Below are positions 23,801 to 36,422 of a DNA stretch of 56,167 nt, one piece after another (within the stretch, counting starts at the first letter, position 1; every line of letters begins with the position of its first letter). The stretch comes from Octopus sinensis (lineage: Eukaryota): assembly GCF_006345805.1 (NCBI RefSeq), contig NW_021834492.1:1-56167 (forward strand). The letters run 5' to 3'. The translations under genes and the position numbers were made by a program. Under the pieces are notes generated by a model. It worked only from the letters and a program-made list of their open reading frames with translations. It was not told the DNA's origin and searched no databases.

Positions 23801-25939
23801 GGAACCATCACCTGCGTCGCTAATCTCACCAAGATAGCCTCTTTCCTGAACGCGAAATCAGAATATACACAACACACAGGAGAAATATTCCACATGGCGA
23901 ACTACCTCAGCACACAAGCATACGAAAATCACAGACATCCAGAATACAATATAAGATAATGCAAAAAAAATTTACCATCCAACATGACTGTTTTCCCAAG
24001 GGAAATAACCACTCAAAAGATGTCATCCAGGAGCAGTGCCTCTTAATTTATTCTTTTCTTTACGAGAATCTCCTCGAATGACACTTTGTGCTTTTATCTA
24101 AAATGGAGACGAACACCATTTCTTCACGTGATCGACTTGAAGAATTAAGTTATTAAGATATTTTTCTTAATATGAAACCAATGGTAGTCTTAATACACTA
24201 ATATAGAAATTCTGTCCATCAATGCAGTGTTTTCTTTTTTTCATTCGATCTAACACACACACACACACACACACACATGTATTATGTGTGCGTGAATGTG
24301 TGTGTATATATAAACATATGTGCATGTGCACAGTTCTTTTTTTTGTTAAAGCTGCAAACCCCGTAGGATTTGTTACATGATTCCTGAAGAAATGAGTCCT
24401 GTATCCCAGAATCTGTTGCCTCTGTAGACATTCCACTTGGTCTTCCAACATTTTCATGAAACTATTCAAAGCAACCATTTCTATTCGATCGCTTCAATTG
24501 TTATTAGAGCTAATAGCTCAAAGTGCAAAATATTTAAATTGTATATTCTTAATTTTATTCTTGAATTCATTTCAAATACTTAAAGTTTTAACCTTTATCT
24601 TTGACCGAATTTGATATTTGATCGATACATCCTTTTTGTTTTCTTCAAACATTTTCTTGCTATTCTTACTTTTTCATTTATGAATATTTCTGAGTTTGGT
24701 TCAAATGTAGAATTTTAAAGTAAATATTTTGTCTGAACCCTACTTCGGAAGAGAATGGCTGAGTATGAACGGCATTTAAAAAGCATTTCAATTATCATAT
24801 CTGTTCCATGTGTTTTGTTTTGTTCTTAGAGTAGTACTCTATATTTTGCGTTTCTTTTGTTCACCAAGCTTTAGGTACTAGATTCCATACTTTCTAAAAG
24901 TATTCTCTCTGAATTAATGGCTCACTATCCTCACGAAATATTTGTATACCCATTTGCTTAATGCTACAGAAACCAAGATTAAGATATCTGCCTTTTAGTT
25001 ACCTGAAAGAAATAATCACAAATTTGTTTCTAAATAGTATGTTTGAAGAGATGTGAAACGTTGTGAAGAACAAAAATATCAAGCAATATAAGATCCAGTA
25101 ATGGATCTTATTCATATTTAATTTTACAGTACTCCTGAAAATGGCCGACTAAATGAACTAAATCAACGAAATATCAATGTCTTAAATTAGACTAAAAGGT
25201 TATTCTCGAGATATCAACTTACTCTGAAGGTATGATCAAATTAGTGGAGGATGCTTTATCTCTAACATGTGCAAAACAGAGAATGTTTAATTTTTCCCAT
25301 AATAGTTTTGTTTTCTCAACAAATGATTCCAGTTCCAGTTGGGAATAGAAACAAGACCACCAGTGAATCATACACAATAGTTTACTTTACACTACACCAG
25401 TGTTTGAGAACAATTTATAGTCAAGTTTAAAAGTTGCTGTTCGTTAAAATAATATGAGTAACAATGAATTATAGAAAAGTTATATCACAAATGCAGTCAT
25501 TGAAACAATATGGTCAAACAATTACTTTCTCACGGTATTGGAAAGTCGATTGCTGGTCCACATTAAATAAAAACAAAAGAATGAAATAATTCTAAATGGA
25601 AAACACATTCCGAAAATTAAAGTTATATGGTTGACAACAGATGCAAATACCTTCAATGGCCAACGATAAAATGAGAAATTAAAAACAAAAACGAGGTTCA
25701 TTACAGCACATCACATAAAATTATGGTTTGCATGTACAATTCACTATCTACAGTTCATATGATTTCTCCAGTTTCATCATTAAAAGCCATGAAAGAAATG
25801 AGAGGAAGAAAATAGCGAAAATACAAAATAATCAGTATTTCCACTATTACTATTCTTACTGTTGTGGCAACCATCAAACATTAGCATCACGCAAGTGCCA
25901 CCATCGCTACCTTACAAAATAACATCACTCTAACTGCCA

Positions 25940-26430
25940 TGAAAACAACTACAACCCTAAATTTACTGAAGAAAAAAACAAACAAATGCAAAAAAACAAA
26001 TCATAACAGAAAAACAAAAGAAATGACAGCAATAATAACAAGAGCGTCAAAACAAAAGAAACTACGACAGCAACGACAAGAAAAACCATTGGTACCATCG
26101 ACATCATGGCTGCGGAAACAAATAATTTCCAACATAATTATGTCTTAAAAACAGAGAAAAAAATCAACTATAGTAGTGGCATGAAGATCTACTATCAATG
26201 AAGATCTACTAATCTCCCCATCATCATCATTATCATCATCATCATCGTCGTCGTCATCGTCGTCATCGTCGTCGTCAACATCATCATCATCATCATGGTC
26301 ATCATCGTCGTCGTCGTCGTCGTCATCATCGTCGTCGTCATTGTCATCGTCATCATCATCAATATTATGTTCATCATCATCATCATCATCATCAACATAA
26401 TCGTCGTCGTCGTCGTCGTCGTCATCGTCG

Positions 26431-26471
<41 letters not shown>

Positions 26472-27140
26472 GTCGTCATCATCATCATTATCATCATCAT
26501 CGTCGTCGTCGTCGTCGTCGTCGTCATCATCATCATCCTCATCATCAGCTGCAGCAGCAGTAGCAGCAGTGGCAGCAGCAGCAATATAAGCATTGCCACA
26601 CCACTACCATTGCTATCATCATAATTATGGGAAGCAGCAGCAAGAGTAATTGCAGAGGGAAAATTGTAACTGTAGCGACATGGCCGTCAAGTTCACCATG
26701 AAATATCGTTGCTACCAGCAACAACAAGGAATGCAAAAATTTCATAATAATAAATGCATTACCAACAATAACAACACCAATCAAATTCACAAAAACAACA
26801 AGAAAACCACGATTGCAACATCACTATAACAACAAAATCAATAATGACCACAAATTCGAAGCATAACGCAATCGCAAGAACAGTCTCCCCAGATTTTAAT
26901 GGCAACAACATCAATAGCAACAATATCGGCAGCAACAACAATTTCAACAGGAACAGTACCAAAAACATCTATACCAAAAACAAGAGCAGCACTAAGGACA
27001 AGGACACGAGCAGCATGATTACTACTAAAAAAAAAAAAATCACTAATGACAACAGAAAAACCAATAATAAATATCAATAATAAATAACAGCAAAATAACA
27101 ACGAAAAAAAAATGACAAATACAACAAATATCGCAACGTT
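25940..27140. repeat. Low-complexity trinucleotide region (AAC-rich flanks; (ATC)n/(GTC)n core at 26215-26580)
   Basis: Directly visible; source of the poly-M/T/I/V ORFs. Confidence 0.9.
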
Positions 27141-27493
27141 GCAAATCAACATCTTCACTACATTAGATGCCATTTCTTTGTAGAAGAAGCCATTTTCCCC
27201 CGAGCCTGCTTCCAAAAGATAGTATCACATCGAGCATTCAAGAACAGGGTTGGCTGATGCCCGGATGTGCTAAAATATTCATAGTCATGTTGAGTATCAT
27301 ACATAGACACGTGTTTGAATGTGCGTGTGTGCGCGCGCTTTTGTCTGTGTATGTGTGTGTGTATACAAGCATACACACATATTTACACATATACAAGCAA
27401 CATACATATTTACACACACACACATATACATATATATATGTATATATATATGTGTGTATATATAATATATATATTATATATATATATATATAT

Positions 27494-27576
<83 letters not shown>

Positions 27577-28012
27577 TATATATATATATTTATCTTATGA
27601 CAACATAGGTATACTTTTTACATGCCTATCTTTGAACACGAAAATATTCAAAACCTATTTATCAACCTACAATCACTTCCCATTTTTTTGGCATTCTCAT
27701 ATTATGCACGTGTGTGTGTGTGAACTGCCAGATTTATTAGAATGTCGATAGAATTTCTCTTGGTATACGTTTCATCTCTCTCTGAGACGAAGACCAGCTT
27801 CGCCTCTCGGTTTTTTCGGAATCGATAAAAGAAGTGCCATTCCAGACTTGTGGATCGTGATATCTGTTCAGGATGCATTCATTCTCAGTTCAAATCCCAA
27901 CTATCTTATCCCATCATAGATGTTCAGTGACACATGTCATGAGTGGCGATTCGACATATGGCATCGACAAATTGGAAAACCAATAGAAACAGTTCCCTTC
28001 GATTGATTATCA

Positions 28013-28013
28013 A

Positions 28014-28095
<82 letters not shown>

Positions 28096-28150
28096 GCTGC
28101 TACTGCTGCTGCTGCTGCTACTGCTGCAGCTGCTGCAGCTGCTGCTGCTG
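28013..28150. repeat. (ACT)n/(GCT)n microsatellite
   Basis: Directly visible. Confidence 0.97.
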
Positions 28151-28261
28151 ATGATGATGATCCTACCACACACACACAAACTCTCTCTCTCTCTCACACA
28201 CATATAGCCTTCTTTCAGCTTCCGTTTGCCAAATTTGCTCACAAGGTTTTGTTTTAGATCG

Positions 28262-28350
28262 AGAATATAATAGAAGACAGTTGCCCGCCCAATGTGCCAC
28301 ACAGTAGGACTGAACCCTGAATCCTGTGGCAGGTAAGCAAGCTTCTTACT
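28262..28350 (-). mobile_element. tRNA/CORE SINE head (family B), degenerate
   Basis: Minus-strand agcttgcttacc..ccacaggattcagggttcagtcctactgtgtggcac matches the head of 32005-32370. Confidence 0.7.
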
Positions 28351-28460
28351 AGACACCCACGGTTCTGCCTGTTAAATAATATATATATATATATATATTA
28401 AGAAAACGGAAGGAGGAGAATTTCGATTATCCTCACGTGGTGAGTTGCAATACAGAAAAA

Positions 28461-31135
28461 ATATATATAAAAGAAAAGAAGGAAAATGTAAACAGCTTAA
28501 ATAGTTTTAATATATCTTTTGATATATTTTATAAGTAAAAGAGTATTGTGTTTATCGACCGGTTTCGCTTTCACTAATCATGACATTGAAATTATTGTAA
28601 TTTCGTGTTTTCTTAAGATTTTAGTCGATGTTTTGTGTGGAGAAGTTTGTGAAGGAATGATTCAACAAGTTGAAAAGTTTACGGAGAGGTAATTGGTGAT
28701 CATTATTATTGAGGACAGGGAAGGTAATTGCTCATCGTTCGAGGAGGGGAAACTACGACTCACGAAAGCACTGATTACAACAACGAAGCAATTATCTTCA
28801 ATCTAAAGGCAGGAATAAAACATTATATTACTTTTGTGACCATATCCAGAATACTTTCCAAAAGTGAAACATTAATTCAAACTTGAACAATCAAGAATGG
28901 AGAAAATCTAATTGAACTACAAAACGATAAAGAACTGACAATTAATGAAACAGACAAGGGAAGTGCTGTAGTCTTGATGGACACAGAATACTACAAAAAT
29001 CTAGTATTATGCATGCTAGAAAACGATAACTTCTGCGAAAAAGTTGTAACCTATAATCAACAAAAACCGATGAAAAATCTTACATCCTTAATTCATTTAC
29101 ATGGAAAAGGCCGAACAGAAAAAGAAACAGATTATACCACGAACTTGTAATGTAAACCTAGTCTTTCTTTACGGCCTACCTAAAATACACAAGAGCAAGA
29201 TAATTAATGAAGCCTGCAATCACCAGGCAAATACATAAATATCCTAGAACCAGAAGATTTAAAGATAAGACCCATTATAGCTGGCTCAGCATGTGAAACC
29301 CACCGCCTATGCAATCTTCTAGACATCCTACTTAAAACCATTGCTGAAATACATCAAAAGTTTCATTAGAGACGATCTGGATATGCTTGAGCGCCTACCA
29401 AAAACAACTAATGAAGAGACATTTTTGATTTCCTTCGATATCATTAATCTTTACGCCAACATCCCACATGACTATGGAATAGAAGCAACAAAATTTTGGC
29501 TGGAAAAGTATCCCGAACTACTTTCGGAACGCATAAAACAGGTTTTTTATTATTGAAACTTTAAAATTTATACTTCAGAACAATTATGTCCTATTTAATG
29601 ACACCTACTTTCGCTAAAAAGGCGCATGGAAACGAAAGCAGCTCCTGTTCTCACGAACCTAATGATAAGATATTTTGAATTCCCCATATATGCAGTGTCA
29701 CTGCAAAAATATGTGTATCTGTTTCACCATTATATAAGAGAGACCTGAAAAAGATACCTAGATGACTGCTTTATCAGTTGGGAGGAGACCGTTCATAAAC
29801 TTTTGGAATTTAAATCAATACTAAATACTATAAACCCAAGCAGTCAATTTACAATAGAATATAGCAAAGAACAGCTCCTTTTCTTATGATAAAGAAGTCA
29901 GCAACCAAATTGTAACTGACATTTATCATAAGCCAACGGACTCGAAACAATATCTTCTCTCTAGCTCAAGCACTCGAAACACATCAAAAGGAATATCCCC
30001 TTTAATTTAGCAAAAAGGATTTGCACAATAGTGTCTGCTGAAAATATCCAGGACCTCCGTCTTCAAGACCTCACAACAACACTAACTGAAAGACAATGCC
30101 CACCCTCACTTACAGACGATGAAATTAAGCGTGCCAAGAAATTAGGTATTTAAATGCTGAGGGAAACAAAACGAAACACAGCATCTCAAAACACTGCCGT
30201 ATATATCAACTCACAAACCTAGAAACAATGAGACAGACAACACTATTGGACAAAATCTAACTATGTCCACTAGGGATCCAAAAATGAACAACATTCCGAA
30301 AACGCCTAAATTCGTCAAATGCAAAAAGCAACACAAACTGCTGAAAAGACTTCTGACAAATGCGAAGCTTGATAAAACCACGAAACCAACGGTTAAAAAA
30401 TGTGGACGCCCAAATTATGGAACATGCCCCAACCTACTGGAAGGTTCGGAATTCAAACAAGGAGAGAGGTTCACAATTAAAACCAATTTCACTTGTGCTT
30501 CAGAGAATATAATTTATGTTATAACCTGTCCTGGCTATAGACATAGCTATATAAAACGGACAAGTATGACACGGAGACGGAGAACCACACAACAAAAGCA
30601 ACAGATCCGGTTCCCGTAATACAGATAAATTCCTATCACTGAACAGATAGAGAGATGTGCAGGCAATATCCAACCAAACTTCAAAGTTTTCTCCATTTAC
30701 CAGTGCAAAGAAACAATTTCTGTACAAAAACGTTTAAATAAAGAAAATTTGTTCATCGAAAAATACAAAACACGTCTAAATATGAACGCATAACCGACTT
30801 TGGTTTCAGTATATATTTTAATTCATGATCACATACCAATCACTGTACATATTTCGTATATATATTTTTATCTCCTCGTATATATATTTATCCCTGTCCT
30901 TAATAATAACGGTCCCAATTACCTCTCCTTAGATTTATCTACTTGTTGAATCATTCATTCACAAAGCTCTCCACGCACAGCATGAACTTAAATCCTCTTA
31001 AGAAAATACATTACATAATTTCAATGTCATGGTTGGCGAAAGCGGTCGATAAACAACAATACCTTTCACTTAAAAAATGCATTAAAAATATATTAAAATT
31101 ATGTAAACTGTGTGCATCTTCCTTCTTATATATAT
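28461..31135 (+). mobile_element. Penelope-like element (RT plus GIY-YIG) with inverted pLTRs at 28461-28720 and 30891-31135
   Basis: TDKGSAVVLMD..FYGLPKIHK..RPIIAG..SFDIINLYANIPH..RYLDDCF..KCGRPNYGTCP..FTCASENIIYVITC. The two ~250-bp flanks are reverse complements of each other. Confidence 0.9.
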
Positions 31136-31147
31136 GTATGATATAAT

Positions 31148-31244
<97 letters not shown>

Positions 31245-31444
31245 TGTATACACACATATATATGTATACACATATATATATGTATATATATGTGTGTGTG
31301 TGAGTTTGTGTCGAAAGTAATATTTGTTCGCCACTTCAGCATGCCTGTTCCATACGAATGGATGTTACAGTGATGTTTTAATCCCAAGAGGACATTTACC
31401 TTAGTTGGTTAACAATGCAACCTGCATCCGATGTATTACACGCT

Positions 31445-31503
<59 letters not shown>

Positions 31504-31574
31504 TATGTATTTGTTTTGAAAGAGTCCTGCTGGGTAACACCTTGTGTTGAAACATATATTGTTATATTTGAGAC

Positions 31575-31646
31575 GGTCATTTTTTCTTCTCATATAAACA
31601 CACGCACTTCGGTCATTTTTTCTTCTCATATAAACACACGCACTTC
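31575..31646. repeat. Perfect 36-bp tandem duplication
   Basis: ggtcattttttcttctcatataaacacacgcacttc x2. Confidence 0.95.
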
Positions 31647-31947
31647 GTTCTTCACTTCAGCTTTATTTTTGTTATTATCTTATTGTCGTCTGTTTCATAT
31701 ATTTCGTCCCATATTCTCTGACCCCTTCAGCGACTCGCCATCCATGTGTCCAAAATGAACTGAATAGGACAGAATAAGACACGTGGGATGCAGAGTTGCC
31801 GAAGAGGTCAGAAGAAGCGTGATGAAAGGTTTCAGACAAAGTATGCCAAATTAAGGAAAAAAATAAAGCTGAAGTGAAGAACGAGTATATAGTGCGTGTA
31901 TTTATTCGACAAAAAAAGAAAACAAATGACTATCCAAAAATATAACA

Positions 31948-31979
<32 letters not shown>

Positions 31980-32004
31980 GATAATACATGTATCTCTTTC
32001 TCTT

Positions 32005-32370
32005 TTTTCTCTTTTTACTTGTTTCAGTCATTTTGACTGCGGCCATGCTGGTGCACCGCCTTTAATCGAGCAACTCGACCCCGGGACTTATTTTTTGTAA
32101 GCCCAGTACTTATTCTATCGGTCTCTTTTGCCGAACCGCTAAGTGACGGGGACGTAAACACACCAGCATCGGTTGTCAAGCAATGCTAGGGGGACAAACA
32201 CAGACATACAAACACACGCACATACATATATATATATATATATGACGGGCTTCTTTCAGTTTCCGTCTTCCAAATCCACTCACAAGGCATTGGTCGGCCC
32301 GAGGCTATAGTAGAAGACACTTGCCCAAGGTGCCACGCAGTGGGACTGAACCCGCAACCATGTGGTTGGT
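32005..32370 (-). mobile_element. tRNA/CORE SINE (family B) with internal (TA)/(CA) microsatellite
   Basis: Minus-strand ccaaccacatggttgcgggttcagtcccactgcgtggcaccttgggcaagtgtcttctactatagcc (B box plus CORE-like), internal microsatellite, and tail ...ggccgcagtcaaaatgactgaaacaagtaaaaag. Confidence 0.85.
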
Positions 32371-32929
32371 AATATATATATATATATATGCTTTTTTTTT
32401 ACCATGCAATTCATTATTCCCATCGTATTTTCTCATAAAAGTCTGAATAGTAATTCGTTCGATTCAACTCATGAATTTTGTTCGTTGAAGATGGCGGACA
32501 ATCTGGGGTCCAGGTGTGCCTGCGTATAGTATTCGGTCTTGATGCAATTTCCTTGTTAAAATCCGGATCACAAATTAAGGTACATGTCAGTTAGCAGAAA
32601 AAAATGCAGTCGTAGCGCTAAGTGCGATTTCACTTATATTCAGTTCATATTTTTATCTCAATTCTGTAACTCAGTTCTTTATTCATCAAAAACAAAGTGC
32701 CTCAGAATATCAGTAATTTTCATTAACCACAAGTAATCATATGCCTCAGATTATATTTCACATTAGTACAAATATATCTTATTTCACATATATACGCCAG
32801 GTGTCCAGAACAAGAGATGCAGCGAACTTGGCGAGTCAAGCCAAACCAAGCCAAGTGAAGCCAAGTGAAGCCAAGCTTTATCATTTGAACAGTGTGAATT
32901 CCGCCTTGGAGGCAGTCCAACAAACGGCA

Positions 32930-33420
32930 GGTCTTCGAGAAACCAAGAAATGTGCACTTGGCTTTGTAGGCATCGAAAAGGCATATAACTGTGTGCAGGG
33001 AGGCAGGCTGTCAGGCATTTTACAGTTTGGATTTAATGGACAACTTCTGGCTGCCAAGCAGTCCCTATATGAACGCTCAGATATTTGTGTTCAGAAAAAT
33101 GGTACTAAGTTGAAATCTTTCAACGAGGGTGTTAGATGTCGTTAGGTGAGGGTATTATCACTTCTGCGGAAGTGGTTATAGGAGCTGTTGGTTGATACTC
33201 GTAGACAACATGAAGTTACAGCATGCACTTAATCTGTTCGCCGCTGAGTGTTGTAAGGCAGGTGTGAGAATTAATGTTACGAAGATTGGGACATTGGTCT
33301 TTCTCAAGAAAGTCTGCACGTTAGTGGAATATCACTGAGACAAATGGAGAAATTTAAGTATCTCTGGCTGTATGAACAACCGATGAAGAGCAGGAGGCTG
33401 AATTGGATGCTGGAATTGTA
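32930..33420 (+). mobile_element. RTE-type reverse transcriptase fragment
   Basis: ALGFVGIEKAYNCV..GFNGQLLAAKQSLYERSDICVQKNGTKLKSFNEGV..LQHALNLFAAECCKAGVRINVTK..FKYL. Confidence 0.75.
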
Positions 33421-34254
33421 GTGTGTGTGTTATTTACAAGATTACTGATGCTATGATTATTCCCTATTGTGTTGATGTGCCATTTTCTAGCATTAATAAA
33501 ACTGTCGGCAATTTTGACGACACAGGTATGCTAGTGTAAGTTTATATTTCTCTTTCAATTTCTTTCTACTGCAGAATTATACTTTCCAAATACACGTAGT
33601 TCAGTGAAGTAAAACCAATAATTATTGAATATTATTTATGCCGTTAGAAGGAAGCACCAGCTTCTTGACTAATATTAAGTTAATCTAATTGTTGCAAGAA
33701 CAGGCAATAACTTTGGTAATGTTTTGGTATTTTTAGTCTCCTCCGTCTTGTATAATCTTCTCCGTACTTACCATATTAGTGATAATAGAATCACTATAAA
33801 ATTATTAATTGGTGTCAAAAATGATCATAATGCCTCTGAGGTAAACTAACATGATATTCGAAACTCACGTAAAATAATCAAATTAAATCGTGTTAGTATA
33901 TTAAATATCTTTGCTATCACTGTATTGCATTTTGATAGCACTAATTTCGTTGTTAATTTTTGCCCAGTAGGCATCTCTGAATAATTTGGTGAAAATGAGA
34001 ATTCTTTTTTTATTTTTTTGTTACCGCTACTCGCGTACATACATTTACATCAAATTAATGGCCGCCTGACTAATTTTCCAAGTGTGTAGAAGGCTATACT
34101 TTAATGAGAATGTCTAATAAGACGGAAAATTTCCGGTTTGTCACCAACACTAACCAAAATCAGATTTAATTAACTTTAGCCACTGAGCTAATGTTTCATA
34201 TTTCTCATCATATAACTTCAGTAAGACGGCAATAAATTAGCTTTACTCTTGATG

Positions 34255-34592
34255 GCTAACTTCACTGTTCATTTGATGGTTAACTTGACTCTTACTCTAC
34301 TGCTAACTCAAATATTAACTTCAATGCTAAATTCACTGCAAATTTGAATGCTTGCTGAGCTGTTAGTCTGTCTGCTAACTGAACTGTTAAAGTGACTGCT
34401 AAGCTAGCTGGTGGCTGGACTATTTACTGAAATATTTATTTACTTATTTACGAGACTGTTGATACGACTGCATACTGGACTGTTTAATTTACTGTTAACC
34501 ACTGTATATTTATTGATAACTTTATTAAGTTAGATGTGAACTTGACTATTAACTTCATCTATTATTTGACTATGAACTAACTCTGAACTAAG
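34255..34592. repeat. Degenerate 12-bp-period tandem repeat (approximately GYTAACTTSACT)
   Basis: Units include gctaacttcact, gttaacttgact, gctaactcaaat, attaacttcaat, gctaaattcact, gctaactgaact, gttaaagtgact. Confidence 0.65.
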
Positions 34593-34820
34593 CAAAACAA
34601 GAAAAAAATTGCACAGTAAGAAAGTCTGGAGAGAGCTGATTAGCAGAAGGTCTTCAGAACCGACTCTTATGCAAATATTCAGCCGTAAATTCTGGAGATT
34701 TTTATTACCTATTTTCATTTTTATTTCACCTGAAAGTAATATATATGTGCACGCGCGTGTGTGCATGTGTGTGCGTGTGTGTGCATTATATCTATCTACA
34801 TACATACATACATACATACA

Positions 34821-34856
<36 letters not shown>

Positions 34857-34889
34857 TATATATATGCATATGTATATGCATATGTATAT

Positions 34890-35820
34890 ATATATGTTTG
34901 TATGTATGCATATATTTTATTTATTACACTATTGTCTGACAGCGCTTCGCGTCGGGTTCGTTTCGATTCGTCGCTTCGTTCCGTTTCTTATCCTCCCAGT
35001 ATTGTTTTATATATAATTTTGACGCGAAATTCTCTCCCTTTGCTTTACATTCCCCACTCTCTCTCCCTCTTCCTCATCTCTCTCTCAGCCGCGTGCCTTC
35101 CTCTATCTCTCTCTCTCTCTCACTCCTCCTCACTTTTGTCACTGCTGGCCAAAACCACTTCCTTTGCACGTTGCTTTCACACTGTAAAGTCATGCTTCCA
35201 TGCGCTGCTAGAACATCTTCCGTCTAAGCCAGAAAAAGGCCTTTTCGTTTGTTTTTCTCGTTTATTTTCTTGTTTATTTTGATTTCTCGTATTGTATTTT
35301 CTTGTGCATGAATTTTTATCTTGTATTTTATTGTGCAGTTTTATTGTTACGTCCTGTTCGTGCTTGTTTTACCCCTCTGCGAGGTAATTTTATTTTAATT
35401 CTCTCGCAGGAAGGCCTAGTTTTGACGAGTCGTGTCCTGTCTTGCCTTCGAAACACGCTTGAGTCTACTAGTGACAGCTGATGATTGGGGATTTTTCCTT
35501 GTGTAGCATGTCCTGTACTCTGTTTTTCTGTTGTAAAAAAATGTTTTCCCGTTTTCGTTCTCGTCCAGGTCTACGTCTCTGTTTTTCTGTTGTAAAATAA
35601 TGGCTTTTCGTTTTCGTTTCTCGTTGAGTTCTACGTCTAGTTGTGGTGTGCTGTACTCACGTATATATATTTATATATGCATGTATATATACATGTAGAT
35701 GTAGGTACGTACATATATTTTGTATGTATGCATATATTTATTTATTACCTATTGTCTGACAGCGCTTCGCGTTGGGTTCGTTTCGATTCGTCGCTTCGTG
35801 CCTCCCAGTATTGTTTTATA
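34890..35820 (+). repeat. ~110-bp direct repeat 820 bp apart, bracketing a T-rich unit with an internal ~60-bp tandem duplication
   Basis: tattgtctgacagcgcttcgcgt.gggttcgtttcgattcgtcgcttcgt at 34930 and 35750; ctgtttttctgttgtaaaa...ctacgtct x2 at ~35519-35640. Confidence 0.85.
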
Positions 35821-35837
35821 TGTATTTATATATATAT

Positions 35838-35886
<49 letters not shown>

Positions 35887-36049
35887 TATATATAACATAT
35901 AACTATTACGGTTTTTTGTAATGGAGTAATGTCTTAGAAACATACGTTAAGAAACATCTACCTCCTTACTTCTTTCCGCAAGGCCCTACTATTACTATGC
36001 CGCCTACCTTTAGATCATTTGTTAAGCCTTGAATAGATAGTATACGTAA

Positions 36050-36420
36050 TGGAAGACTCAAGTAATGCAGGAATGGATGGTGAAAATTTTCATGATCACG
36101 TAACATCTTATATTCGCCTTTCTAATTCCCCAGATCTCAATCTATTAGACTACTACACATGAAGAGTTGTTGAGAGAGAGGTCAATAAACTCGCCCATAA
36201 CACCAAAGATCCATTGAAAGCCGCCATGCTCAGAGCAATGTCCAAAATGAATCAGGACCTCTTGATTCGAGTATGTAGACGATTTAGATCTCATACAGAA
36301 ACAATTATTGAAGCTGATGGTGACTTTATTGAATAACACTATAGAAGAGAAGATTTATTTTTATCCTCATAGCATTTTATGATAATAAAGTTATTATCTG
36401 CTAATATCTTACGCACCCTG
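36050..36420 (+). mobile_element. Tc1/mariner-superfamily (DDxD-type) transposon 3' fragment with right TIR
   Basis: NSPDLNLLDYY..VVEREVNKLAHNTKDPLKAAM..RRFRSHTETIIEADGDFIE*; ends ...cgcaccctg|TA at 36420-36422. Confidence 0.82.
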
Positions 36421-36422
36421 TA

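Noticed and set aside
25129-25235. Apparent exon bounded by ttttacag and gaag|gtatga
   Set aside because: Stop codons in all three frames.
31575-31646. 36-bp repeat of CRISPR-like length
   Set aside because: Two adjacent copies with no spacer and no cas genes; a simple tandem duplication.
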